Origin: Thermoprotei archaeon
GTDB lineage: Archaea; Thermoproteota; Thermoprotei; QMSL01; B3-G16
Assembly: GCA_021162845.1 (NCBI GenBank)
Contig: JAGGXX010000001.1
Span: 10,624-42,623 of the forward strand
Reading direction: 5' to 3'
DNA length: 32,000 bases
Of this stretch, positions 1 through 8,890 are shown one piece after another. The notes beneath the pieces were generated by a model that saw nothing but the letters and a program-made list of their open reading frames with translations, was not told where the DNA came from and did not search any database. Position 1 is the stretch's first letter. Each line of letters begins with the position of its first letter. Made by a program: the position numbers and the translations under genes.

Positions 1-1211
1 GGGAGGCTTATCTTCAAGGAGAACTAGTACCCAATCGCATAGAAAGGCCATATGCGCCTTATAAAGGGGCCATAGTGCTTGAACCTAAGAAGGGCGTTCA
101 TGAGAACATAGCGGTTCTAGACTTCAGCTCTATGTACCCTAACATAATGATATCCAAGAACATATCCCCTGACACCTATGTGCCACCAGAGGAGGTGGAT
201 GATCCCTCGAAGTATAACATAGCACCAGAGGTAGGACATGCCTTCAGGAAGGAGCCACCGGGCTTCTACAAGAGGGTGCTAAGCAAACTCCTGAACTTTA
301 GGAGGCAGATAAAGGAGGAGATGAAGCGCTACGACCCTCAGAGCGTAGAGTATAGGATACTGGATGAACGCCAGCGTGCGGTAAAGGTCATAGCCAACGC
401 TTGTTACGGGTACGCTGGCTGGGTGGGCGCTAGGTGGTATAAGCGAGAGGTCGCAGAGGCGACTACGGCATGGGGCAGGGAAACCATAAAGGAGACCATA
501 AAGCTAGCCAAGGTCCTAGGGCTCAAGGTGATATACGGCGACACGGATAGCATTTTCGTCGAATATGATAAAGAAAAGGTTGAAAAGTTTATAGAGGCCG
601 TAAAGGAGCGCTTTAACTTGGAGATAAAGCCGGACAAGGTGTACGTAAGGGTGTTCTTCACCGAGGCTAAGAAGAGGTATTGTGGCCTCCTCCCTGATGG
701 TAGAATAGATGTAGTCGGTCTAGAAGCGGTCAGAGGCGATTGGGCTGAGATAGCTAAGGAAGTTCAGGAACGAGTATTAGAGATAATCCTCAAAGAGGGA
801 TCCCCATGGAAAGCGGTTGAATACGTGCGGAGCATAGTGGATGCGTTGAGGGCAGGTAAGGTGCCCATAAGCAAGCTCATAATATGGAAGAGCATTACCA
901 AGGGCTTCGAAGAATATGAAGTTAGGGCAGCACATGTCGTAGCAGCTAAACGCCTCGTTAAAGCCGGTTATAAGCTTGAGATTGGGGAGAAGATAGGATA
1001 CCTCATAATTAAAGGCCCTGGGAAATTAGCGGATAAGGCATGGCCCTACGTGCTCGTTAAGGATCCGGAGCAGATAGACTACGAATACTACATAGAAAGG
1101 CAAGTTCTACCTGCGGCCCTGAGGGTCTTACGGTACTTCGGCATAAGCGACAACATACTTCTCTCGGGACATAAACAAGCTACCCTCTTCGACTTCTTAG
1201 GTGGAGCCTAA
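1..1211 (+). CDS. polB: Family-B DNA polymerase, C-terminal part (5' end lies upstream of the window)
   Basis: Frame 3 is open from base 3; EAYLQGELVPNRIERPYAPYKGAI precedes the listed GTG at 75, so the gene enters from upstream. Family-B motifs are present: LDFSSMYPNIM (motif A, DxxSLYPS-like), KVIANACYGYAGW (motif B, KxxxNSxYG-like) and YGDTDS (motif C, nt 534-551). Stop is TAA at 1209-1211. Confidence 0.9.
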   Translation, partial: EAYLQGELVPNRIERPYAPYKGAIVLEPKKGVHENIAVLDFSSMYPNIMISKNISPDTYVPPEEVDDPSKYNIAPEVGHAFRKEPPGFYKRVLSKLLNFRRQIKEEMKRYDPQSVEYRILDERQRAVKVIANACYGYAGWVGARWYKREVAEATTAWGRETIKETIKLAKVLGLKVIYGDTDSIFVEYDKEKVEKFIEAVKERFNLEIKPDKVYVRVFFTEAKKRYCGLLPDGRIDVVGLEAVRGDWAEIAKEVQERVLEIILKEGSPWKAVEYVRSIVDALRAGKVPISKLIIWKSITKGFEEYEVRAAHVVAAKRLVKAGYKLEIGEKIGYLIIKGPGKLADKAWPYVLVKDPEQIDYEYYIERQVLPAALRVLRYFGISDNILLSGHKQATLFDFLGGA

Positions 1212-2461
1212 TGGATGAGATCTCGCACTTCCTCGATCTCTTAAGTAAGCTAGGTCCCGATGTGATGAGTAGATTGAAGTCAGCGGGCGAGGTCACGGTG
1301 GTACATCATGACGATGCGGACGGGATAACTAGCGCAGCGATCTTAGAATGGCTACTCGATGAGAATAACATAGATTCTAAGCTCATATGCCTTGAAAAGA
1401 CGTTTCCTCAGATATTATCGAGGCTTGAATCCGAAGAAGGCGTGCTCGTCTACTTGGATCTGGGCTCCCCTCATGCCAAGCTGATATCCAAGCTGAATAG
1501 GGGGCGAGACTTCATAATGATCTTAGATCATCACGATCCAGAGAAGGTCGATGACCCGAAAATCCTAAACATAAACCCCGAACTCTACGGTATAAGCGGA
1601 GAGAGCGAGGCCTCAGCATCCGCTGTGGTATACGCATTAGTCAGGGCGATCATAGGAGAGGCCAAGGGGGAGTTAGCAAAACTAGCGCTCATAGGAGCCG
1701 CGGAGATCCCAGGTGAAATAGCAGGGCTCAACGAATTAGCGCTCAGGGACGCATTAAGTGCTGGCTTGGTAAAGCGAAGGGCCTTGAGGAGAAGGATCGA
1801 TTACGCCGTAGTGGAGGGTGGCCGTTTGATCAGTAGGTCTGAGTTATCCAAGAGGCTCACCATATTGGGCTCAGTTGGTTACTATAGGAATGGGCCGCAA
1901 ATGGCCTTAAAAGCATGTCTGGAAGGGTTCTCCCCAGCTATAAGCTCGTTATACAAGAAGCTAGAAGAGGAAAGGAAGCGCCTATATAGGGAGGCCCTTA
2001 CACGACTGAGGGAAGGGGGCTTTCATACGACCACTAACGTACAATGGTTTCATCTAGGCGATCTATTCCTCAACGTGGGTTCTAAGGTCCTAGGCACGTT
2101 TGCTAGCTACGTGATGCATAGGGGCATGTCGAGGAGGGATAAATATTTGGTAGGTTTCATGCACCTTAACCCGAAGATCCCCGGCTTAGGTGAATTAGAA
2201 GGCGAATACTCCAAGGTATCTGTAAGGACCCCTGATCAACTCGCGGCTATGATAAGGAGTAAGAGAATGCCTTCCTCCGCCGAGGTCCTATCTCATGTGT
2301 GCTCCCTTCTGGGCGGCTTCGGAGATGGACATGATTATGCGGCTAGTGGTATAATCCCCAGAGGGAGAGAACGCGAGCTGATAAGGAGAATGAATCGTAG
2401 AGTAGAGCAATATGCCGCCAAGAGCAAAAAGGGGAGGGCATCACTTGATGAATTCTTCTAG
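1211..2461 (+). CDS. DHH/DHHA1-family phosphoesterase (RecJ/GAN-like or NrnA-like)
   Basis: VVHHDDADG (HH codons at nt 1304-1309) and ILDHHD (DHH codons at nt 1526-1534) match DHH motifs. C-terminal GGFGDGHDYAASG resembles the DHHA1 GGGH motif. The ATG overlaps the polB TAA by 1 nt (TAATG, 1209-1213), implying co-translation. Confidence 0.75.
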   Translation: MDEISHFLDLLSKLGPDVMSRLKSAGEVTVVHHDDADGITSAAILEWLLDENNIDSKLICLEKTFPQILSRLESEEGVLVYLDLGSPHAKLISKLNRGRDFIMILDHHDPEKVDDPKILNINPELYGISGESEASASAVVYALVRAIIGEAKGELAKLALIGAAEIPGEIAGLNELALRDALSAGLVKRRALRRRIDYAVVEGGRLISRSELSKRLTILGSVGYYRNGPQMALKACLEGFSPAISSLYKKLEEERKRLYREALTRLREGGFHTTTNVQWFHLGDLFLNVGSKVLGTFASYVMHRGMSRRDKYLVGFMHLNPKIPGLGELEGEYSKVSVRTPDQLAAMIRSKRMPSSAEVLSHVCSLLGGFGDGHDYAASGIIPRGRERELIRRMNRRVEQYAAKSKKGRASLDEFF

Positions 2462-2467
2462 TAAACC

Positions 2468-3640
2468 TTAACGTTCCCTAGAGAGATCCCCAAATGTCAG
2501 TATAGCTATATTGGTCGGTATCTTGCTTAAGGCGCCTACCCTAACCCCCACTAAATAACGTACTCCCTTTTCGGCAGCCACATCTACGAGGCGTTGAGTG
2601 ATTATGCCGTCGAATACTATCGCGTATGCCCTATCTAGTTTCCTGACCGTGTCAACTAGATCCCTTACAGGCACCCTCTGAATTACGTTCCATCCATCAT
2701 CGATTATCAGCGCCTCTAGGGTTCCCTTTAGGTTATTCACTTCGGCGAGTAATTCCTTCGGTAGTTGCATGAATATCTCGTGTCTACTCACAGCACGCCC
2801 TTTACCACGTTCTATCATGGTGAGGTACTCCTGTGCTGACATGCGGTTCTTAAGGCACTTCGCTATTTCCTTCCCTGTGAGATCCTCGACTTCCTTCCCG
2901 TTAGGAGCTCTAGCCACGTAATCTATATCTGCAGTTTGAAGTAATTCCCTGAGGACTAATTCGCCCCCTCGATCTCCATCTACAAATGCCGTGGTTATTT
3001 TGTTCTTCGCTAGGTTTATTATGGTCTTTGGAATCCTAGTAGCGCCCCCGAGGGCTATTACGTTTCGGTATCCATGCTTAACTAAGTTGATGACGTCCGC
3101 TCTGCCTTCTACTATTATCAGCTCGTTGCTCTTATCTACGTCAGGACCTGCTGGTAATCCTTCAGGTCCATACTTTATCACCTCTACCGCCCTTACAGCC
3201 TTCAATACCTCCTCTACTATCTTCCTAGTCTCGGGCATGTCCTCCCTTTCCCATTTTATGAGCAGCTCCTTCGCTCTATCGATTATCCACTTGCGCTTCT
3301 TAGCCCTGAGGTCCTCTATATCCTCCGTTCTTACCTTCGCGTTATAAGGGCCTACTTTATCTATCGTTTCAAGCGCAGCGGCTATCAGTACCGTCTCTAC
3401 CCTATCCAGGCTTGAGGGTATCACTATCTTCCCTAATGTCCTGCCGTTCCTGCGCTCTAGCTCAACTTGTATCCTCCCTATCCTCCCGCTTTTTTGTAAT
3501 TCCCTTAAGTCGAGCTCAGATCCAAGCAACCCCTCTGTCTGACCAAAGATAGCTCCTATGACATCCGGTTTATCGACAATGCCGTCAATTTCTATGGAAG
3601 CGTAGACTACGTACTTAGCCGTAGTAGCGACTCCGCCCAT
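2468..3640 (-). CDS. dnaG: Archaeal DnaG primase-like Toprim protein
   Basis: The N-terminus IEIDGIVDKPDVIGAIFGQTEGLLGSELDLRELQKSGRIGRI is the conserved archaeal DnaG signature. A Toprim region follows (IIVEGRADV ... FVDGDRGGE). The ORF is open to GTG 3649, but ATG 3640 sits 6 nt after GAGGTG on the minus strand, so I prefer 3640. Confidence 0.9.
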   Translation of the reverse strand: MGGVATTAKYVVYASIEIDGIVDKPDVIGAIFGQTEGLLGSELDLRELQKSGRIGRIQVELERRNGRTLGKIVIPSSLDRVETVLIAAALETIDKVGPYNAKVRTEDIEDLRAKKRKWIIDRAKELLIKWEREDMPETRKIVEEVLKAVRAVEVIKYGPEGLPAGPDVDKSNELIIVEGRADVINLVKHGYRNVIALGGATRIPKTIINLAKNKITTAFVDGDRGGELVLRELLQTADIDYVARAPNGKEVEDLTGKEIAKCLKNRMSAQEYLTMIERGKGRAVSRHEIFMQLPKELLAEVNNLKGTLEALIIDDGWNVIQRVPVRDLVDTVRKLDRAYAIVFDGIITQRLVDVAAEKGVRYLVGVRVGALSKIPTNIAILTFGDLSRER

Positions 3641-3700
3641 ATAATACACCTCATGATCATAATATCGCCTAATCTGTGAGGGTAAAGGGAAATGTGGTAA

Positions 3701-4789
3701 TTATTCCTTTTCCTGATCCAGGCGTATTTTAATTCCCATGGCGTCGGCTACACGCCTTAGGAGATCCCTAGCTTCAGCGGATGAAGTGAAATGCTGCCTT
3801 ATGCTCCTCAACTCCTCGATTAACGCCTCAGCCGTGGCCCTTTTAAGATCGAGAGGATGTAGCTCGCCCTTCACATACATCGAAACTAGCTCTTCATAGC
3901 TCTCGATAACAAGTGGCCCCCCGTATTTCTCGGGGCGATCTACGAATAGCGTGAACGAGGGCTTGCTGAAGAGCAATAGCCTATTTATCTCGATCACGGG
4001 ATTTCCCTCTATCTCCTTAGGCGGGCAGTATGCCTTTCTTATCTTCTCCCTGATCGCATCTGGCGGGTCATGAACGAAGATACAGGAGTGGGGCTTGCTT
4101 TTGCTCATCTTCGCCCCTATCGCCTCCTCCTCACTAGAAGATGCTCCTCTCTTTCTTGGACCCTGGAGCCCCATGAGTAATGGCGTATGTATGGCCACGG
4201 GCTTCTTGAAGCCAAGCTTAGGCGCGACCTCCCTAGCCAGGACATGTGCCTTTCTCTGATCCATTCCTCCTAAGGCTAGGTCTAGGTCCAAGTAGAGTAT
4301 ATCCGCCACCTGCATGCAGGGGTATATGAGCTTTGAGAAGTCAAGCGCTACTTCGCTTTCCCGTCTTCCCATTATCGTTATGGCCCGTTTTACGCGGGCT
4401 AGGGAAAGGGACTTCGCTACTCTTAAAACCAGCTTCCAGTAATCAGAATCGCTGATAAGTTCCTCGGCATTCACGAACTTCACTTTCCTCACGTCAACCC
4501 CTGCTCCCTCCAGGAAGTGCCTCGTGTACCTAGCAGCTGCCTCTATAACCCTTATATCTCCTCCAAGTTTGTCGTTTATCCACGCATGCCAGGTCGCCGC
4601 GAGGGCTATCATATCTAGGCCACTTTCGAGCAAATCTTGAAGCTTCCTGGCCCATATGAGCCATCCTATGTGGATCAGGCCTGAAGGCTCAAAGCCTATG
4701 TAGCCTTTACCGCCCTTCCTAAGTAGGGATGCCAGTTCATCCTTGGTTAGGACTTCTTCCACATTTCTTAATACCCTCTCTAGGCTCAA
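3701..4789 (-). CDS. tyrS: Tyrosyl-tRNA synthetase (class I aaRS)
   Basis: YIGFEPSGLIHIGW is the archaeal TyrRS-type HIGH region and AKMSKSKP is the KMSKS loop. Length is 362 aa. TTG start at 4787-4789 is preceded by GAGGAGGGG on the minus strand, 13 nt after the upstream gene stop. Confidence 0.85.
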   Translation of the reverse strand: MSLERVLRNVEEVLTKDELASLLRKGGKGYIGFEPSGLIHIGWLIWARKLQDLLESGLDMIALAATWHAWINDKLGGDIRVIEAAARYTRHFLEGAGVDVRKVKFVNAEELISDSDYWKLVLRVAKSLSLARVKRAITIMGRRESEVALDFSKLIYPCMQVADILYLDLDLALGGMDQRKAHVLAREVAPKLGFKKPVAIHTPLLMGLQGPRKRGASSSEEEAIGAKMSKSKPHSCIFVHDPPDAIREKIRKAYCPPKEIEGNPVIEINRLLLFSKPSFTLFVDRPEKYGGPLVIESYEELVSMYVKGELHPLDLKRATAEALIEELRSIRQHFTSSAEARDLLRRVADAMGIKIRLDQEKE

Positions 4790-4802
4790 GATCCCCTCCT
4801 CG

Positions 4803-5474
4803 CTAGATAGTAAACGATTCGCCTGGCTTAAGCACCCTTACCTCTACTTCGGGCTTAATCCATCTTAATGCTTTCTTAAATTCCTCTGGGTTAGCCTTTA
4901 TTTGAGGGAATGTACCATAATGCATCGGTACTACTACGCGGGGATTGAGCACCTGTGTAGCTATCACGGCTTCTCGTATGTCCATCGTGAAATGCCCCCC
5001 TATGGGTAGCATGGCTACGTCAATCCTATTTAACCTACCGATGACCTCAAATTCATTGGTAAACCCCGTATCCCCTGCATGGTATATGACCTTTCCGTCC
5101 CTAAGCCTTATCAGGAAACCAACGGGAACGCCATGCTTACAGCTATGAAGCGCCGGTGTTAGCTTATACTTAATTCCATCGACATCCATCCACCCACCTA
5201 TATTGGCTCCTACAGCGTTCTTCACGCCCTGTCCACGCACATACTCCGCAAGGTCATAAATTGCAATGATCTTGGCATCGTCTCTCTTAGCTAAGTCTAT
5301 GGCATCACCGAGGTGATCCCCGTGATCATGGGTAACTAGGATATGCTCTAACTTAGGTACCTCTTCAAGTCCGATGGGGCATTGAGGGTTCCCCCTTATC
5401 CAGGGATCTATTATTATCCTTATCTCATCCTCTATGAGGAAGCAGGCATGGCCGAGCCAGGTTATTTTAGGCAT
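4803..5474 (-). CDS. UPF0173-type metal-dependent hydrolase (metallo-beta-lactamase fold)
   Basis: ITWLGHACFLIE ... LVTHDHGDHLGD matches the HxHxDH metal-binding motif. Size is about 223 aa. It is first in a minus-strand string with tyrS and dnaG. Confidence 0.8.
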   Translation of the reverse strand: MPKITWLGHACFLIEDEIRIIIDPWIRGNPQCPIGLEEVPKLEHILVTHDHGDHLGDAIDLAKRDDAKIIAIYDLAEYVRGQGVKNAVGANIGGWMDVDGIKYKLTPALHSCKHGVPVGFLIRLRDGKVIYHAGDTGFTNEFEVIGRLNRIDVAMLPIGGHFTMDIREAVIATQVLNPRVVVPMHYGTFPQIKANPEEFKKALRWIKPEVEVRVLKPGESFTI

Positions 5475-5540
5475 CCTCCCTCCCCAAGGCTTAACTTGAG
5501 CGCTTACATGTAATTAAGTGTTAACATAGAGGGATCCTCC

Positions 5541-6434
5541 ATGCTCTCGGACGAGGAAGTAAAGCTTTACTTAAGGGCCGGAAGGATAGCCGGGAAATCC
5601 CTACTTTATGGAATGGAGATAATCCATGAGGGTATGCCCGTTATCGAGCTATGCGAGAAGATAGAGGGCATGATCGTGAAGTTAGGAGGTCAGCCTGCCT
5701 TTCCGTGTAATATCTCGATAAATGACGTGGCGGCCCATTACACATCGCCCCCCGATGACGACTTAACGGTACCTAAAGGATCCCTAGTGAAGATAGATGT
5801 CGGAGTTCACGTAAATGGCTATATAGCCGATACTGCAGGTACCGTGGCGTTTAGACCTGAGCATGAACGGTTGATGTTAGCTTCCAAGAAAGCCCTGGAA
5901 GCCGCTTTAACTGCTATCAAGAGTGGCGTTTCCCTTGGTATGATAGGCACAATTATAGAAAGAACGGCACGCGGATATGGGTTTACGACGATAAGGAATC
6001 TAACTGGACATAAGATAAAACCTTGGATCTTACACGCTGGGAAAAGCGTACCTAATGTATCCACGATGACCTTAGAGCGCATGAAGGAAGGAGAAGTATA
6101 TGCGATCGAACCGTTCCTAACTCCTGGCAAAGGCTTTGTAGTTGAGGAAGACCGAACGTACATATTCAGTTATGCGGGAGGCAAAGCTAAGGGCTCTAAG
6201 GAACGTGCTCTCCTTCACGCGATATGGAGCCGCTTCAGATCCCTTCCGTTTTGCGAGAGATGGCTCATTAAGATAGCTCCTGAAAACTCTGATGTACTTC
6301 AAGCCTTACGTAGGAAACGTCTGCTCTACGAATATCCAGTGTTAAGAGAAGCCGGTAGGGGCATCGTAGCACAGTGGGAGCATACCGTGATAGTGACTAA
6401 AAAAGGCTCAATAGTGACGACTGCTATCGAGTGA
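5541..6434 (+). CDS. map: Methionine aminopeptidase, type 2 (archaeal)
   Basis: FPCNISINDVAAHYTSPPDDD, KIDVGVHVNGYIADTA, NLTGHKI, YAIEPF and WEHTVIV fit the pita-bread-fold metal ligands. Length is 297 aa. Confidence 0.9.
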   Translation: MLSDEEVKLYLRAGRIAGKSLLYGMEIIHEGMPVIELCEKIEGMIVKLGGQPAFPCNISINDVAAHYTSPPDDDLTVPKGSLVKIDVGVHVNGYIADTAGTVAFRPEHERLMLASKKALEAALTAIKSGVSLGMIGTIIERTARGYGFTTIRNLTGHKIKPWILHAGKSVPNVSTMTLERMKEGEVYAIEPFLTPGKGFVVEEDRTYIFSYAGGKAKGSKERALLHAIWSRFRSLPFCERWLIKIAPENSDVLQALRRKRLLYEYPVLREAGRGIVAQWEHTVIVTKKGSIVTTAIE

Positions 6435-6780
6435 GCGGCTTTGCGATTTCTACATCATAAATCATATCTATGTACAGCTCCCCGCCGCAGGAACAGGTGC
6501 CCATCCTCTTAAGGACGTAATCTCCCTCCTGGAAGTCCCTCTCCATTTTATAATCGCATTGCATACACCTGATGACCGTGATCGTCTTCCTAGCAGGCTT
6601 CGTCCTCCTGCTGAATTTCGGTAAATAGGAGAGGGCCAGGAACACCAATAGTAAGGAGAATATTATCAGTTGCTGTAAGCGCATATCGTGAAGAGAGGGG
6701 CTTATAGTGACTAAGGCTAACATAGCCCCTATGATCATGAAGATGGCCGTTAATAAGATCCTCATGACTCTCTCCTTCAT
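6424..6780 (-). CDS. Small membrane protein with C-terminal Zn-ribbon (CxxC...CxC)
   Basis: Two hydrophobic segments (ILLTAIFMIIGAMLALV and LIIFSLLLVFLALSYL) are followed by CMQCDYKMERDFQEGDYVLKRMGTCSCGG. The ATG lies 10 nt after the DUF1512-like stop, with GGGAGGGG in between, so the two form an operon. The 3' end overlaps map by 11 nt in convergent orientation. Confidence 0.55.
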   Translation of the reverse strand: MKERVMRILLTAIFMIIGAMLALVTISPSLHDMRLQQLIIFSLLLVFLALSYLPKFSRRTKPARKTITVIRCMQCDYKMERDFQEGDYVLKRMGTCSCGGELYIDMIYDVEIAKPLTR

Positions 6781-6790
6781 ACCCCTCCCT

Positions 6791-7891
6791 CTATTGAGCG
6801 ATACCCATGGAGTTACCGATGCCCGCTATCAAGACCACATCGCCTATATTAGTTCTGTTCCTCACGATCTCCTTTATTCGCTCGATTACTAAATCCGCTG
6901 CTTCGGCTATCTCCTTCTTCATCGTGGTGATGGCTTCTTCGAGGCTCTCTTTGACTATTATCGAGTCCAAGGGAATCTTATACCTAGTGGCGACTTCCTC
7001 TATCCTCAGCTTCTCGGGCCCCGGATCCCCTATGGCCGCTCCTATGCCTTCGACTATCTCTCCGCTTTTCTCCCCCTCCAATCTCAGCGCCGCATCTATC
7101 ATTATTATCCTGCCAACCTTGCCCCTCTCCTCCTCCACTATTCTCTCGATGATCTTACCTGGTCTCCCCACTTCCCCGCCAGGACCTAACGCCTTAATTA
7201 CTATAAGCCTTCTTCCTTCGAAGGGCACTTCTGCTATGACGGTATCGTCCTCAATCCTCTTCTTTTCAGCCTGAAGTAACAATTTACTGGCCACGAGCGC
7301 TCCTATGCCATCCCCTATGGGCTTTCCATGGGCGAAGGCCTTTAAGGCGCTGAAGTACGCCTCAGCACTCTTCATTATCTGAGGAAGTAGCATCTCCAAT
7401 TGCATTATCATGTAAATGCTCTTCGTCTTTCTGCCTAATATCGAATAATGCCTCGTAAACCGATAGAGCGTGTTAAGGGCTACAGACGCCTCTACCATGT
7501 TGCTTATATTACGGATCATTATGTCATCAGCTCTAGGAGCTAAGCTCGTCACTATCTCCCTAAGCTTATCCTTTTGTAGGTTAAGGAGATGCTCTAGCCT
7601 CCTTATGACACCAAATGGGTCTCTTTCCACAGGGCTTATGACGTAGAATTCCAGTAGCTCGTTAATTTTCTGAATTAGGTCATGCCTATTATTGCCGTTT
7701 TCCCTGAAAGTCCTCAACAGCAACATCTTGGAGTCATTGACCATCTTCTCCAATCTCCTGAGCGCCCTGCTGATCTCCTGTAACCAGAAGTAGACCTGGA
7801 TCCTCTGATTAAAGAGTATGAGGAAGAAGAAGAGGAGCGTACTAACTATATAATATATAGAAGACCATTGATCTGAAGGAGCTCCGTTCAC
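6791..7891 (-). CDS. DUF1512-like archaeal membrane-anchored protein of unknown function
   Basis: It has an N-terminal TM helix (IYYIVSTLLFFFLILF), a long helical region and a Gly-rich C-terminal domain (GPGGEVGRPGK, GIGAAIGDPGPEK, IAGIGNSMG). The 366-aa size and layout match my recollection of the archaea-only DUF1512 family, which needs HMM confirmation. GTG start is preceded by GAGGGG. Confidence 0.6.
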   Translation of the reverse strand: MNGAPSDQWSSIYYIVSTLLFFFLILFNQRIQVYFWLQEISRALRRLEKMVNDSKMLLLRTFRENGNNRHDLIQKINELLEFYVISPVERDPFGVIRRLEHLLNLQKDKLREIVTSLAPRADDIMIRNISNMVEASVALNTLYRFTRHYSILGRKTKSIYMIMQLEMLLPQIMKSAEAYFSALKAFAHGKPIGDGIGALVASKLLLQAEKKRIEDDTVIAEVPFEGRRLIVIKALGPGGEVGRPGKIIERIVEEERGKVGRIIMIDAALRLEGEKSGEIVEGIGAAIGDPGPEKLRIEEVATRYKIPLDSIIVKESLEEAITTMKKEIAEAADLVIERIKEIVRNRTNIGDVVLIAGIGNSMGIAQ

Positions 7892-7933
7892 TAGAATTTC
7901 CCCTCTGACCCAAAGTGGAATAGTGCATCATAC

Positions 7934-7942
7934 TTATATAAA
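7934..7942 (-). promoter_or_regulatory. TATA-like box (TTTATATAA on the minus strand) upstream of the DUF1512-like operon
   Basis: An AT-rich box sits about 47 nt upstream of GTG 7891. The predicted TSS near 7911 leaves a short leader containing GAGGGG. Confidence 0.45.
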
Positions 7943-8025
7943 TTAGTCACGCTTGTTCGCCTCCGTTAAGTCAGCGAGCTTAGGGGATCCCGATGGCATG
8001 TAAGCTCTTCTCCCCTTACAGTGAT

Positions 8026-8667
8026 TCAAGTCCTCTTCGTTGCTACAAGCGACCGATCTAGCTCCTCTAGGGTAACCCTAAGCGAAATCTCCACGACCTT
8101 GAGCATTACGTCAAATGGTAGCGAGGGAGCTACGTCCTTTTCGGCAGCTTGTCTAAGTTCATAAGGCAGGTGCACAAATCCCACCTTCGTGTTCAAGCCT
8201 AGCCTAACCGTATTGTGTAACGCCGCATAGAATACTAAGTTACAGAGGTACGTGCCAGCGCTATATGAAAGGGAGGCAGGTATTCCTGCCTCCCTGAGCC
8301 TGATTAATATATCCCTCGTAGGTATCGTGGCCATATACGCTAACGGACCATCCTCATATATCGGTACATCGACTGGCTTATCTCCATCATTATCAGGTTT
8401 CCTGAAATCCATGAGATTAACGGCTATTCTCTCTATCCTTATGACAGGTGAAGAAGGTGCGAGGCCTGTGCCAAGGAACACGCTGGGCTTTAGCTCCTCC
8501 ATCATCTTCTCAACTAAACTTATGGTCCTACGATAAGCTACGGGTAATACGACGCCGACTATAGTTTCGCCGCATATCCGCTTTCCATTCAACGCCTTAG
8601 CTACCTCACCAGAAGGATTATATCTCTCTTTACCAAAGGGCTCAAAGCCTGTAAGGATGATGGGCAT
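8026..8667 (-). CDS. pcp: Pyrrolidone-carboxylate (pyroglutamyl) peptidase I
   Basis: ILTGFEPFG...NPS, RIAVN, catalytic Cys context SAGTYLCN and His context GFVHLPY all fit Pcp. The ORF is open to ATG 8673 (MCMPII); the second ATG at 8667 has better spacing from GAGGGGAG and gives the canonical MPIILTGFEPFG start. Confidence 0.9.
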   Translation of the reverse strand: MPIILTGFEPFGKERYNPSGEVAKALNGKRICGETIVGVVLPVAYRRTISLVEKMMEELKPSVFLGTGLAPSSPVIRIERIAVNLMDFRKPDNDGDKPVDVPIYEDGPLAYMATIPTRDILIRLREAGIPASLSYSAGTYLCNLVFYAALHNTVRLGLNTKVGFVHLPYELRQAAEKDVAPSLPFDVMLKVVEISLRVTLEELDRSLVATKRT

Positions 8668-8726
8668 ACACATCTCCCCTCATGGTTTAAGAGATATCAC
8701 TATGTAACTGGCTTACTCACGGAAAG

Positions 8727-8734
8727 TTTTTAAG
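8727..8734 (+). promoter_or_regulatory. BRE/TATA promoter of the 5S rRNA gene
   Basis: GGAAAG followed by TTTTTAAG lies about 27-34 nt upstream of the predicted 5S 5' end. Confidence 0.55.
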
Positions 8735-8760
8735 CTCTAAGGTGTAAAGATTGGTGGGAT

Positions 8761-8890
8761 GAGGAGGAACGGCCATAGGCAGGGGGGCCACACCCGGTCT
8801 CATTCCGAACCCGGAAGTTAAGCCCTCTGCCGCCGCCGTGAGTACTGAGGTCCGGGAGGCCTCGGGAAAACGCGGTGCTGTTCCTCCTAC
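8761..8890 (+). rRNA. rrf: 5S ribosomal RNA (stand-alone, not linked to 16S/23S here)
   Basis: It contains the universal archaeal 5S core CACCCGGTCTCATTCCGAACCCGGAAGTTAAGCC. Terminal helix I pairs AGGAGGAAC (8762-8770) with GTTCCTCCT (8880-8888). Ends are uncertain by a few nt. Confidence 0.9.

Noticed and set aside
2991-3347. Nested antisense ORFs of 60-155 aa inside long genes. Examples: 404-661, 2991-3347, 4945-5148, 5819-6163, 6807-7274, 8252-8536, 10394-10795, 10993-11325, 14828-15136, 15133-15384, 16530-16769, 17919-18203, 19173-19520, 21263-21526, 24679-24921 and 30580-30816.
   Set aside because: Each lies opposite a gene with strong family motifs. Their translations are low-complexity (Ser/Leu/Pro/Arg-rich), and they lack promoter or SD context. 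They are typical shadow ORFs.
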